A stretch of 64,000 bases of DNA from Spirochaetia bacterium. GTDB lineage: Bacteria > Spirochaetota > Spirochaetia > UBA9216. Where the stretch lies: the NCBI GenBank assembly GCA_965140585.1, contig OZ223269.1, forward strand, positions 480,001-544,000, written 5' to 3'. Positions 9,279 through 19,095 of this stretch are shown here, in pieces. Position 1 is the first letter of the stretch; every line of letters begins with the position of its first letter. The notes beneath the pieces are model-generated. The model saw nothing but the letters and a program-made list of their open reading frames with translations, was not told the origin of the DNA and did not search any database. Position numbers and translations under genes: made by a program.

Positions 9279-10557
9279 AGCCCTTGGCAGCTCCTGCAGT
9301 AGCCGCTTCAATTTCTTTGTCACTTACACCCATTTCTTTAAGGTAGGATGTTACTGTACCGGGTTTTTCCTCTTCCATCTGTTCAAGGAGGCTGACAGCC
9401 TTTGCTCCGTAAAAACCGGGATCAGCATTGTAGGACTCTACAAGAAATTCAACAGCTGCTTTATAGCGCTCGTCAGCATAGGCGTTAACACCAAGGGCAT
9501 AGAAGGAAATACCCTGTTCGCCGCCCATCTGAATGGCTGTCTGGTAGTAGTATTCTGCCATACCGTAATCATGTTCGGCATAGTAGATAAGACCCAGGTA
9601 GTAGTAGGGAACCGGATGATCTTCACGCATGCTGACAGCATTTATAAAAGTTCTTTCAGCAAGGCTCAGATCGCCTGCATTGTACTGGTCTATACCGTCT
9701 TCAACGAGGTCCGGAAAGGTTTTTATTCTTTCAACATAGCTGACAAAATCGCGGGAGAAATCATTTTTCCCAACCCATTCGAAGGCATTTTTAATCGTTG
9801 AACTTTCATTAGCCTTTCTGTCTGCAGCAGCGGAGAGACTCTTGATTGAATCCCACATTATTCGGTTATAGGAATTATTACTGCTGTTTAGAAGGAAGGT
9901 TACAAGACCCCATGACTGTGCGTAAAATACATCAATACTTGAGTTGGCATTTTCAACATTCATAGTGAGAAGGGTAGGAAATGGAATAATAGAACCATCA
10001 CTGCCTTCCGAAGCATTGTTTATGTATTTTTTAAGGGTATAAAGCCAGCTGAGATTTTCTTCATAAACAACTTTTTTTGTAGCCGGATCGTAATATGAGT
10101 TTTCAAAATAAATTGCAAATCCCTTCTGAAGCCATAACGGAGGCTGCGGGATGAATGTTTTCAGAAACTGCATGAATCCATGGTGCGCAAGATATCTGTT
10201 GTAGCTGCTGTCGTCGGTGTAGTATCCGACCAGCTCGTTTTTGTCAGCCTGGTTATACTGAAGAAATACAAAAGAATTCTTCTGTTCAGGGATTATGTCG
10301 GACAGGTATTCATCGAATGAAGCCTTATCCTTGAAAATTTTAACTCTCATCAGATACGGTACTTCTGCCGCATCAAAATGGAAGTAGGAATTGAAAAAAT
10401 TGAAGTATGCATCAAGAACTTCTGCTGTATCAGCTGCGTGACCTACGCTCACTTCTGAATATACTTTGTAATAATCGCTCTCTATCAGGTTCATTTCCTG
10501 TGAAAAAGCATGGGCAGTCAAAAAAACTAGGCAAAAAGTCAATATAACTTTCTTCAT
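9277..10557 (-). CDS. Secreted TPR protein with degenerate gluzincin/peptidase MA-like domain
   Basis: Signal peptide (AHA-FS). LAHHGFMQFL...PLWLQKGFAIYF and FYAQSWGLVTFL resemble the HExxH...WxxEGxAxY family. C-terminal TPRs (YYYLGLIY, YALGVNAY). Confidence 0.75.
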   Translation of the reverse strand: MKKVILTFCLVFLTAHAFSQEMNLIESDYYKVYSEVSVGHAADTAEVLDAYFNFFNSYFHFDAAEVPYLMRVKIFKDKASFDEYLSDIIPEQKNSFVFLQYNQADKNELVGYYTDDSSYNRYLAHHGFMQFLKTFIPQPPLWLQKGFAIYFENSYYDPATKKVVYEENLSWLYTLKKYINNASEGSDGSIIPFPTLLTMNVENANSSIDVFYAQSWGLVTFLLNSSNNSYNRIMWDSIKSLSAAADRKANESSTIKNAFEWVGKNDFSRDFVSYVERIKTFPDLVEDGIDQYNAGDLSLAERTFINAVSMREDHPVPYYYLGLIYYAEHDYGMAEYYYQTAIQMGGEQGISFYALGVNAYADERYKAAVEFLVESYNADPGFYGAKAVSLLEQMEEEKPGTVTSYLKEMGVSDKEIEAATAGAAKG

Positions 10558-10619
10558 GGCTCCCTTTCTCCTTGTCCGGAATATTAGACTCTAAATTTTA
10601 GGCACTACTGTTAAATATG

Positions 10620-11495
10620 TCAAACCTTTTTCTTTTTTGTGAAAAAGTCCTCCACCTTTATATTAACGGTATCAATCATAATACCTGAATACCTTTCTAG
10701 ATTATCGATCAGATACTCCCTAAAGTTGTGCACAATATTTGATAATTCGACTCCATAGGGCAATCTTATGTCGATTGAGAGCTTATAACCGTTTATTTCC
10801 TCACGGAAAGTGACTTTGAGAATGGCAATAGAGCTGTCAAACTCATCGGCACAGTGAAGGACCATCTGTGTCAGGGCTGATTCTGAAATACTTACCCGGC
10901 CTTTTTTTGAGAATTCAGGTCGCACAACTGTTTTTTCAAAGTATTTTCCCTTCTTGCGGAAGTTCATGAATTTCTTTTCCATAAATACCTTAACCGAGTC
11001 ATAAACCATCTGAGAATAATTACGGTTTATTTCAACAGCCGGTACCGGAATAACATGCTTGCCTTCTTTGCGTGACCTTATGGCAGTATTTATCTCGTCT
11101 TCAGTCGCAATATCTTCGATTTGTATTACTTTTGTTACAGGAGGCAGATCAAGCCGGGCCGCTATTTTTCTTGTCATCCTTTCTGATGTTCCGATTATGA
11201 GGATTCTTCGGAATTTCTCTTCTTTAAGCTTTTTGCAGACTGCTTCCCTGTGTTTTCTGTCGTCAAAAAGTGCGGTTTTTATCGCGCCGAGGTAATTTGA
11301 TTCTTTTTTAGCTGATTTACCTGATATGATTTTATTGCCCCGGATGAGCAGTCCGTCATCAATAAGAAGTTCAATGCCGTACTTATCTGCAATGAGTTTT
11401 GAACGGAAACTCTTTCCTGTTCCGCTTTTTCCGACAAGGGCAAAAACCTTGACGCCTTTGAGAATCCACTGGAGGTTCAGTAACAAATGCTTCAT
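10620..11495 (-). CDS. P-loop NTPase fused to an Asp23/Gls24-like C-terminal domain
   Basis: ALVGKSGTGKS Walker A, IDDGLLI. C-terminus GRVSISE...IDIRLPYG...LERYSGIMIDTVNIKVED resembles Asp23. Confidence 0.75.
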   Translation of the reverse strand: MKHLLLNLQWILKGVKVFALVGKSGTGKSFRSKLIADKYGIELLIDDGLLIRGNKIISGKSAKKESNYLGAIKTALFDDRKHREAVCKKLKEEKFRRILIIGTSERMTRKIAARLDLPPVTKVIQIEDIATEDEINTAIRSRKEGKHVIPVPAVEINRNYSQMVYDSVKVFMEKKFMNFRKKGKYFEKTVVRPEFSKKGRVSISESALTQMVLHCADEFDSSIAILKVTFREEINGYKLSIDIRLPYGVELSNIVHNFREYLIDNLERYSGIMIDTVNIKVEDFFTKKKKV

Positions 11496-11565
11496 TAGAT
11501 AATAATACTTGCGTATTGCTGTTTTTCCAATACCTGCAGAGAAATAATTGCTGTTACTGACAGAT

Positions 11566-12564
11566 TTAAAGACTGATAATTGTGCTGTTTATCCTGTTAA
11601 AAAAATCAGTGCTGATATTACAGTCTATATGTTTTTCCAGAAAACTGCAGGATTGGGTATCCGGTACGGCAGTCACTCTGTCGAAGCTCATAACAGGTGT
11701 TTTTTCAGGATTAATAAGCATATAGGAATGCAGGAAGTATCTCTTGAAGCCGGATACAGTTCCGTTATATTTTGCATCTCCGGCAAGAGGATAGCCGGCC
11801 GCCGATACCTGTGCCCGTATCTGGTGTGTTAGTCCGGTGATGATCTCAAAAATACAGAGAGTAAAACCCTTTGTTTGTGTGAAAGGGTGCACTATCGTTA
11901 CAGCTTTTTTATCAGAATCACCGCTTATATCTATTTCTGAGACAAGTTCACTTCGCTTCAGGTTGTCTTCAAGCACTATACTTTTTTTGAGGTTTCCCAG
12001 GCACAGGCCTATATAGAATTTTCTTAGACCTCCGAATCTAAGCCTCTCGCTGAAATCTCTTGCACCCTGGATTGAGCATGAGGCGGCAAGCAGTCCAGAT
12101 GTGTTCCGGTCAAGTCGGTGCAGGGGGGCAGGAGTGAAGGATAAAGATTCTGCAAGCTGAGGTTTTAATTCTGATTTCAGAAGACCGGCAGCAGAATTAT
12201 CTCCGTGGGTAAGCATTCCTCTGGGTTTATTCAGGAAAATAAGGTTTTCAGTTCTTAATACTGTCATAGCGTCAAGCCGGGAGCTGTTCGGAGCAGAATT
12301 GGTTTTGTTTACAGAGCCTATTGTTCCATCTGAAAAATTTGCAGCAGGATTAGCTTCACGTATTGACTGATGTATCTCAAGCCGGTCGTTTTCAGAGAGT
12401 CTGTAATCGGGGTTTATTTTTTTACCGTTAATGAGAATCTTTTTTTTCCGCATGGCAGAGTATATAAGACCTGCAGGAATTTCCGGCATGAATTTCTTGA
12501 TTACTCTGTCTGCTCTTCTGCCTGCATCATCAGGGCCTGAATAAAAAACTATATAGCCTTTCAC
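11566..12564 (-). CDS. RluA-family pseudouridine synthase with S4 domain
   Basis: GRRADRVI S4-like start, NKPRG, HRLDRNTSG catalytic motif, TGLTHQIR, GDAKY. Confidence 0.92.
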   Translation of the reverse strand: MKGYIVFYSGPDDAGRRADRVIKKFMPEIPAGLIYSAMRKKKILINGKKINPDYRLSENDRLEIHQSIREANPAANFSDGTIGSVNKTNSAPNSSRLDAMTVLRTENLIFLNKPRGMLTHGDNSAAGLLKSELKPQLAESLSFTPAPLHRLDRNTSGLLAASCSIQGARDFSERLRFGGLRKFYIGLCLGNLKKSIVLEDNLKRSELVSEIDISGDSDKKAVTIVHPFTQTKGFTLCIFEIITGLTHQIRAQVSAAGYPLAGDAKYNGTVSGFKRYFLHSYMLINPEKTPVMSFDRVTAVPDTQSCSFLEKHIDCNISTDFFNRINSTIISL

Positions 12565-12631
12565 GGATTGTCATACTAACACGGCTGGTTTATAATATCC
12601 ACACTACTAAACCTGATAATACGAGAGAGTA

Positions 12632-14134
12632 ATGCTCAGAAAATATGTTCATAATCTTCCTTTTGTCCTCTGCTTTGTGTTGTGCTGTGCCATAGTGGTT
12701 CTGTTTAACGGTTCAGCAGATTCCGGAAGAGCCTGGAATGGGTATTACACCGTTGCAGTACCGAAGGAAGATTATAACAGCAGCACGGCCGAAACTTATT
12801 TTACAGGTTTTGAGTATATCGCCTCCTTTAATACAGAGCTGCGGTATAATGATTTCGGTACCTTCCGCACAGTTACCCCGGATGAGCTTGAACAGCGTTT
12901 TGTTGAAGGCGATCCCAGAGTTGATGAATACATGCGTAATGCCGCCTACTATTTCAGAGCGGAGGACCGGGATGGTTCAGAATACCGTCTTTTTTACATA
13001 AAATCAGACAAACCCTTTCAGAGTTTCTATATAGACCCGGTATTGACCGGTAATTTTCCTGAAACATGGAGTTTTCCGGATTTCAATATTGCCGGCAGAA
13101 TTGCTTCAGGTTTTCTTTTTCTTTTGATATGGGCCTTCGGCATCTGGATGCTCAGAGAGATCAGGCTTCTGTCTGTATTTACCGGTGTCCCATGGTTTCT
13201 TCTTGTTACTGCTGCCGGCAGCGGATATCTTTCTGCCGCCTGTATTGTCTATATATCACAGCTCATTGCTATCAAGGAGATATACCCGGAGGTTATTTTC
13301 TATCTTAACTACAGGGAAACCAGAATAAAGGCTTCTGCATATCCTGCTCTACTGACTTACGGCGCTGCCCTTATTGCATCCTCTGCTGCACTTGGTCTTG
13401 TATTTCATCTGTCTGTTTTTCCCGCGGCCGCAGCAATTGTTGGCGACCTGCTGCTTATATTTGTGTATTACAGTACTAAAAGCGAACGGGTTCGGAGACA
13501 GGAACACCGTATCTTTTTCCCCATAAAAATGGTTGATACCGGATATGAGGCAAGAAGCAGAAAGCTTCCGGTTTATGCCGCAGCTCTAGCTGTTTCTTTG
13601 ATTATGCCGTTTTTTACACTTTTTATCCCGTCCGGTACCGGACTGAATATGCCGCTGCCCGATTCTGCAGCAGCTGAAAGCGGTTACTCCTTCAGTGAAC
13701 TGAAAACCGTTTTTGACAGCCGTAAAGCAGGAACATTGACCGGTGCTGCAGATCTGATAGCTCATGAGGCTTATCAGGAAGGTTTTATGTACGGTATGGA
13801 ATATCATTTTCCGCAGCTTGACGAACAGCTTGTTATCAGGCGCTATCATCAGGAAAATAATGAAATTCAGAAGGTTAACGATGCTGTTCTGCAGTTTACA
13901 CTGGACTGGTATACAAGTATAATCGACGCGAATAAAGAAACAGGACTTGCTGCACTACTGATTTCCCAGTCCTCGTCAGCCAATGCCGTAATGGGATATA
14001 TAGCAGCAGACCAGAAAAATTTACAAATCCTGTTGAAATTCTTAATAATAAGTGTTGTTATCTATCTTCCGGTTTTAAGCCTATTTATCCCGGGAGTATC
14101 TATATCTTTAAAAAGGAAGGGTCAGGAAGCATGA
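12632..14134 (+). CDS. Uncharacterised multi-pass membrane protein coupled to rnfC
   Basis: 500 aa with about 8 hydrophobic segments. Its stop overlaps the rnfC start (ATGA). Confidence 0.75.
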   Translation: MLRKYVHNLPFVLCFVLCCAIVVLFNGSADSGRAWNGYYTVAVPKEDYNSSTAETYFTGFEYIASFNTELRYNDFGTFRTVTPDELEQRFVEGDPRVDEYMRNAAYYFRAEDRDGSEYRLFYIKSDKPFQSFYIDPVLTGNFPETWSFPDFNIAGRIASGFLFLLIWAFGIWMLREIRLLSVFTGVPWFLLVTAAGSGYLSAACIVYISQLIAIKEIYPEVIFYLNYRETRIKASAYPALLTYGAALIASSAALGLVFHLSVFPAAAAIVGDLLLIFVYYSTKSERVRRQEHRIFFPIKMVDTGYEARSRKLPVYAAALAVSLIMPFFTLFIPSGTGLNMPLPDSAAAESGYSFSELKTVFDSRKAGTLTGAADLIAHEAYQEGFMYGMEYHFPQLDEQLVIRRYHQENNEIQKVNDAVLQFTLDWYTSIIDANKETGLAALLISQSSSANAVMGYIAADQKNLQILLKFLIISVVIYLPVLSLFIPGVSISLKRKGQEA

Positions 14135-15456
14135 AGGGAATAAAGACGTTTCCCAGAGGTGGTATACATCCTCCTGGAAGGAAGCATCTCACCAATTCTA
14201 AAGAGATAGTAAGAGCTGCGATACCTGCAGAGCTTACAGTTCCTATGGGGCAGCATATCGGCAGTCCGGCTAAACCGGTTGTTGAAGCCGGTGATGCTGT
14301 AAAGGAAGGCCAGATAATCGGTGAGGCAACCGGATTCATTTCGGCAGCTATTCACAGTCCTGCTGACGGTACTGTCAAGGAAATTACTGAGATTTACCTT
14401 GCAAACGGAATGAAATCTACAGCAATTGTTATTACGGTTGATGAAGATTTTAAACCCGGAGAGTACTCAGAAAAAAAAGACTGGTCCTCCATAGAGTCAG
14501 CAGAGCTTAATGAAATCATTAAGAACTCGGGAGTTGTCGGAATGGGCGGAGCCACATTCCCGGCTAATGTAAAATTTTCAGTTCCTAAGGGCAAAAAGGT
14601 TGAATACCTGATTATCAACGGCGTTGAATGTGAACCTTATCTTTCTGCTGACCACAGACTGATGCTCGAGAAGACTGAAGTGCTTCTGGAAGGTATCAGG
14701 ATAATCAGTGCTATAACCAAGCCTGAAAAAATGGCTGTGGGGATTGAGATAAATAAACCCGATGCAATCGAAAAAATGCGCGAAGCTGCAAAAGCAGCCG
14801 GTATGGATGTTGAGATTGTACCGTTAAAGCTTAAATATCCTCAGGGTGATGAAAAACAGCTTATCAAGGCTGTTACCGGACGCGAAGTTCCCTCAGGCGG
14901 TCTTCCAATTGAAGTCGGCTGTGTAGTAGCCAATGTAGGTACTGTAAATGCAGTGTACGAAGCTGTTGCCCTTGATAAAAAAGTTTTTGAAAGGGTCGTT
15001 TCAGTGACTGGTCTTGGAGTACAGAATCCGGGCAATATTCTTGCAAGGGTAGGTACTCCGGTAAGTGCTCTCATTGAAGCCTGCGGCGGAATGAAAGAGA
15101 ATTCGGCTAAAGTCGTTATAGGCGGGCCGATGATGGGCTTTGCAGTTTACGATCTTGATACACCGGTAACAAAGGGTACTTCCGGTATTCTGATTCTCAC
15201 AGATAAAGAGATTAAGGCTTCAGGCAGAACCAACTGTCTTTCCTGCGGGAAATGCATTCAGAAATGTCCGATGGGTCTTAATCCTACGAAAATGTTTAAA
15301 CTTATAGATCATTCCGACTACCAGGATGCTATGAATATAGGACTTATGGACTGTAAAGAGTGCGGCTGCTGCTCTTTTACCTGCCCTGCTCATATCCCGC
15401 TGGTTCAGGGGATGCGGCTCGGCAAGAAAATGGCAAGAAAGAAGAAGGTTAGCTGA
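14131..15456 (+). CDS. rnfC: Rnf electron transport complex subunit C
   Basis: QHIGSP, GMGGATFP, NGVECEPY, YPQGDEKQL, GGPMMG, two CxxCxxCxxxCP clusters. Confidence 0.96.
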   Translation: MKGIKTFPRGGIHPPGRKHLTNSKEIVRAAIPAELTVPMGQHIGSPAKPVVEAGDAVKEGQIIGEATGFISAAIHSPADGTVKEITEIYLANGMKSTAIVITVDEDFKPGEYSEKKDWSSIESAELNEIIKNSGVVGMGGATFPANVKFSVPKGKKVEYLIINGVECEPYLSADHRLMLEKTEVLLEGIRIISAITKPEKMAVGIEINKPDAIEKMREAAKAAGMDVEIVPLKLKYPQGDEKQLIKAVTGREVPSGGLPIEVGCVVANVGTVNAVYEAVALDKKVFERVVSVTGLGVQNPGNILARVGTPVSALIEACGGMKENSAKVVIGGPMMGFAVYDLDTPVTKGTSGILILTDKEIKASGRTNCLSCGKCIQKCPMGLNPTKMFKLIDHSDYQDAMNIGLMDCKECGCCSFTCPAHIPLVQGMRLGKKMARKKKVS

Positions 15457-16493
15457 TGTCTGATGGATTAAATCTTACTGTCGGCAGTTCGCCGCAGATA
15501 CATTCAACGGGAACTACATCAAAAATTATGTGGCTGGTTGTTCTGGCCCTTGTTCCCTCGGGTTTATGGGGAGTTTATGCCTTCGGGCTAAGGGCTCTGC
15601 TGGTTCTGGCTGTTTCAATTATTTCAGCTGTCGCAGCTGAGTTTATTGTTGTAAAGCTTCTTAAAAAAGGCGGTACAATAAATGACGGAAGCGCCTTTCT
15701 CACCGGTATTCTTATAGGATACAACATGCCTGCAGAGGTTCCTCTGTATGTTGCGGTAATGGCCTCACTGTTTGCTATTCTTGTTGTTAAATGGACTTTC
15801 GGCGGTCTTGGAACAAACTGGATGAACCCTGCGCTTGCAGGACGTGTGTTTGTTTTCTTTTCCTGGACCGGCGGCATGACAAGATGGTCAATGCCTAAGA
15901 TGATTGCAGCAGATGCTGTAACATCCGCGAGCCCGCTCGGTTTTGTTAAAACCGGACTTTTAAGTTACAGCGGAGGTTCTTCAGGACCGATGGACTTTCT
16001 TTCATCTCAGGGTTATCCGGTCGACAGCTATCTGGATCTCTTTTTAGGTAAAATTCCGGGCTGTATTGGTGAGGTTTCAGCTCTTCTTCTGCTTCTTGGA
16101 GGAGTCTTTCTGATACTCATGCATATCGTAGACTGGGAGATCCCTGTTTTCTATCTCGGTTCGTTTTCAATTCTGGTATGGATTTTCGGCGGCCTCGGAT
16201 TCGGAAACGGGTTTTTCAGCGGAGATGTCCTTTTTCATCTTCTTACCGGAGGTATAATGCTTGGAGCCTTTTTTATGGCGACCGACATGGTGACTTCTCC
16301 GGTAACAAAAAAAGGGATGATGATATATGCCGTCGGGTGCGGATTTCTAACCTTTCTTATTCGTTTTTACGGGTCATTCCCTGAAGGCGTATCTCTCGCA
16401 ATCATCCTTATGAACATCTTTGTTCCAATGATTAACAGACTGACTCAGCCGGTTAAGTTCGGAACAGTTAAAAAAGAGAAGGGCGGTGAATAG
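15456..16493 (+). CDS. rnfD: Rnf complex subunit D
   Basis: SSPQIH, FGGLGTNWMNPALAGR, GCIGEVS, FFMATD, PEGV. Confidence 0.95.
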   Translation: MSDGLNLTVGSSPQIHSTGTTSKIMWLVVLALVPSGLWGVYAFGLRALLVLAVSIISAVAAEFIVVKLLKKGGTINDGSAFLTGILIGYNMPAEVPLYVAVMASLFAILVVKWTFGGLGTNWMNPALAGRVFVFFSWTGGMTRWSMPKMIAADAVTSASPLGFVKTGLLSYSGGSSGPMDFLSSQGYPVDSYLDLFLGKIPGCIGEVSALLLLLGGVFLILMHIVDWEIPVFYLGSFSILVWIFGGLGFGNGFFSGDVLFHLLTGGIMLGAFFMATDMVTSPVTKKGMMIYAVGCGFLTFLIRFYGSFPEGVSLAIILMNIFVPMINRLTQPVKFGTVKKEKGGE

Positions 16494-17034
16494 TATGTTG
16501 AAAATAGGAAGCAAGCTCGCTCTTATATGTGCTGTTTCAGCATTCCTTCTCGGGATTGTAAATATGATAACCGAACCGCAGATTGCCAAATTCAGGGCAG
16601 AAAAGCTGAAAGCAGCTCTGGAGCAGGTATCACCCGGCGGAACCATCGGAGAACTCACTGAGGCAGGTGAGCCGGTTGTTATGAGCTATTACAAGACAGA
16701 GGATGCAGGGGAGACTACCGGTTATATCCTGAATCTCAAGGGTTCGGGATACGGCGGCAACCTGATAATTCTTGCAAGCTACAAGCCGGACGGCTCTGTG
16801 CACGGAGTTGTTCTCATGCAGGATGAGGAAACACCCGGTCTTGGAAAAGAAGCTGAAAAATCAGTTTATATGGAAAAATACCTCGGTTTCAGCGGGAATG
16901 AAATTCCGTCCATGAAAAATCAGCTTGAACAGGCTGATGCCGATACAATTTCAGGTGCAACTATAACCTTTGCCGGAATTGGCAAGGCTCTTATCAGTGG
17001 CTCCGAATATGTTAAAAACAAGGAGGGCATGTAG
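16486..17034 (+). CDS. rnfG: Rnf complex subunit G
   Basis: N-terminal TM, GYGG, ETPGLG, flavinylation motif DTISGAT. Confidence 0.94.
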   Translation: MNSMLKIGSKLALICAVSAFLLGIVNMITEPQIAKFRAEKLKAALEQVSPGGTIGELTEAGEPVVMSYYKTEDAGETTGYILNLKGSGYGGNLIILASYKPDGSVHGVVLMQDEETPGLGKEAEKSVYMEKYLGFSGNEIPSMKNQLEQADADTISGATITFAGIGKALISGSEYVKNKEGM

Positions 17035-17661
17035 ATGCTTAAAGAATTCACCAAGGGTATCTTCAAGGAAAACCCTGTATTTGTACTTGCCCTCGGACTC
17101 TGTCCCTCTTTAGGTGTAACTTCGAAGGTTATTAATGCCCTGGGTATGGGCGCAGGGGTTATTTTTGTACTTCTGGGTTCAAATATCTTTGTTGCGCTTC
17201 TGAAAAACTTCATACCGGGAAAGGTCAGAATACCTGCCTATATCGTAATTATTGCATCCTTTGTTACAATAGTTCAAATGGTGATGGAAGCGTTTATTCC
17301 GGCACTCTATGAGGCGCTCGGAGTTTTCGTTCCTCTTATTGTTGTAAACTGTGTAATTCTCGGACGTGCTGAAGCTTTTGCGAACAAGAACACTGTGGGC
17401 GCATCAATTATAGACGCGCTTGGCATGGGTATAGGATTTACACTTTCACTCATTCTTATAGCCCTTGTACGTGAAGTATTAGGTGCAGGAACAATTACCC
17501 TGGTGCCTGTCGGAGGCTGGGATGGAATTATTTCAATTCCCGGACTGTCAGCATCACCCGCCAGAGTCTTCACCCTGGCTGCAGGAGCATTGCTTGTTAT
17601 GGGATATCTTCAGGCCTTCTTCATCTGGTACGGCATGAAAAAATCAGGAGCTGCAAAATGA
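17035..17661 (+). CDS. rnfE: Rnf complex subunit E
   Basis: ENPVFVLALGLCP, VRIP, PLIVVNCVILGRAE. Confidence 0.95.
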   Translation: MLKEFTKGIFKENPVFVLALGLCPSLGVTSKVINALGMGAGVIFVLLGSNIFVALLKNFIPGKVRIPAYIVIIASFVTIVQMVMEAFIPALYEALGVFVPLIVVNCVILGRAEAFANKNTVGASIIDALGMGIGFTLSLILIALVREVLGAGTITLVPVGGWDGIISIPGLSASPARVFTLAAGALLVMGYLQAFFIWYGMKKSGAAK

Positions 17662-18248
17662 CATATGTTGGCATAATAATAACCTTTGTTTTTATAAATA
17701 ACTTTATTCTTACTCAGTTCCTGGGACTTTGTCCCTTTATCGGAGTTTCAAAGAATGTAGAATCTGCCATAGGAATGGGTTTTGCTGTTACATTTGTTAT
17801 GTCTATTGCGGCTCTTGCAACCTGGGCAATACAGAATTTCATTCTTGTTCCGCTGCATATCGAGTTTCTTCAGACAATTTCATTTATTCTGATGATTGCT
17901 GCTCTTGTTCAGTTTGTTGAGATGTTCGTTCAGAAATCATCTCCATCTCTATACAAGGCTCTTGGTATCTACCTTCCCCTGATTACTACAAACTGTGCAG
18001 TACTCGGTATCGCGCTCATAGCAGTTCGAAGCAACTATAATGCAATAGAGAGCTTTGTTGCCGGACTTGCTGCAGGGCTTGGTTTTCTTCTTGCAATTCT
18101 TCTAATGTCTACGATCAGGGAAAAGCTTGACTCTGAATGGGTTCCAAAACCGCTTAGAGGTACACCGATAGCATTTATTACCGGCGGACTGATGGCACTT
18201 GCTTTTATGGCTTTTGACAAAGCACTGCTAAATAATCTTATAGGCTAG
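17658..18248 (+). CDS. rnfA: Rnf complex subunit A
   Basis: NNFILTQFLGLCPF, LGIYLPLITTNCAVLG. Confidence 0.95.
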   Translation: MTYVGIIITFVFINNFILTQFLGLCPFIGVSKNVESAIGMGFAVTFVMSIAALATWAIQNFILVPLHIEFLQTISFILMIAALVQFVEMFVQKSSPSLYKALGIYLPLITTNCAVLGIALIAVRSNYNAIESFVAGLAAGLGFLLAILLMSTIREKLDSEWVPKPLRGTPIAFITGGLMALAFMAFDKALLNNLIG

Positions 18249-18256
18249 GAGAGAAT

Positions 18257-19066
18257 ATGATCGACAGAGTAATATACGCCTTTTTATCAGTTGGAGTTCT
18301 GGGCGGACTTCTGGGAATTGCGCTTGCCTATGCCGCAAAGATATTTGCAGTAAAAAAAGATGAAAGAATCGAACAGGTTGAAGAAATCCTTCCCGGTGTT
18401 AACTGCGGAGCATGCGGATACCCCGGCTGCTCAGGATATGCGGAAGCCATTGTTAAAGATGATGTTGAAATTACACGCTGCAGTCCCGGCGGACCCGATG
18501 TTGTAAAAAAGATTGGCGAGCTCCTGGGAGTTTCAGCAGATGTTTCCGGTGAGAAAATGGTTGCTCAGGTTCACTGCAGAGGAACCGCTGCAACAAGTAC
18601 CAGGAAATACGAATACAACGGACTTGATGATTGTAATGCAATGCATTCTTCATTCGGCGGAGACAAAACCTGTCCTCACGGATGTCTTGGACTGGGCAGC
18701 TGCATCAAGGTTTGTCCCGTTGATGCAATAGTAAAAACTGAAGCCGGATGGCTTGATATTGATAAAGACAAGTGCATTTCATGCGGAAAGTGTGTAGATG
18801 TATGTCCTACCGGTGTTATCAAAATGATACCATACAGCGCCTCTCATATTGTAGCCTGCAATTCCACAGATAAAGGCGGAGTTGTAAGAAAGTACTGTTC
18901 AGTCGGCTGCATTGGGTGTAAAATGTGTGATAAGAAATCTCCCGAAGGGGGATTCCGCGTAGAGAATTTTCTTGCTACTATAGATTATTCATCCGCGGGG
19001 AGCAGGTTTGAAGCTGTCGAAGTGTGCCCTGCCAAATGTATTATCGATCTGGATGCTGCTGAATAG
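18257..19066 (+). CDS. rnfB: Rnf complex subunit B
   Basis: N-terminal TM, LPGVNCGACGYPGC, multiple ferredoxin CxxCxxCxxxCP motifs. Confidence 0.95.
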   Translation: MIDRVIYAFLSVGVLGGLLGIALAYAAKIFAVKKDERIEQVEEILPGVNCGACGYPGCSGYAEAIVKDDVEITRCSPGGPDVVKKIGELLGVSADVSGEKMVAQVHCRGTAATSTRKYEYNGLDDCNAMHSSFGGDKTCPHGCLGLGSCIKVCPVDAIVKTEAGWLDIDKDKCISCGKCVDVCPTGVIKMIPYSASHIVACNSTDKGGVVRKYCSVGCIGCKMCDKKSPEGGFRVENFLATIDYSSAGSRFEAVEVCPAKCIIDLDAAE

Positions 19067-19095
19067 GGAGGGGTAGTAGCCGGAGACAACAGGTA

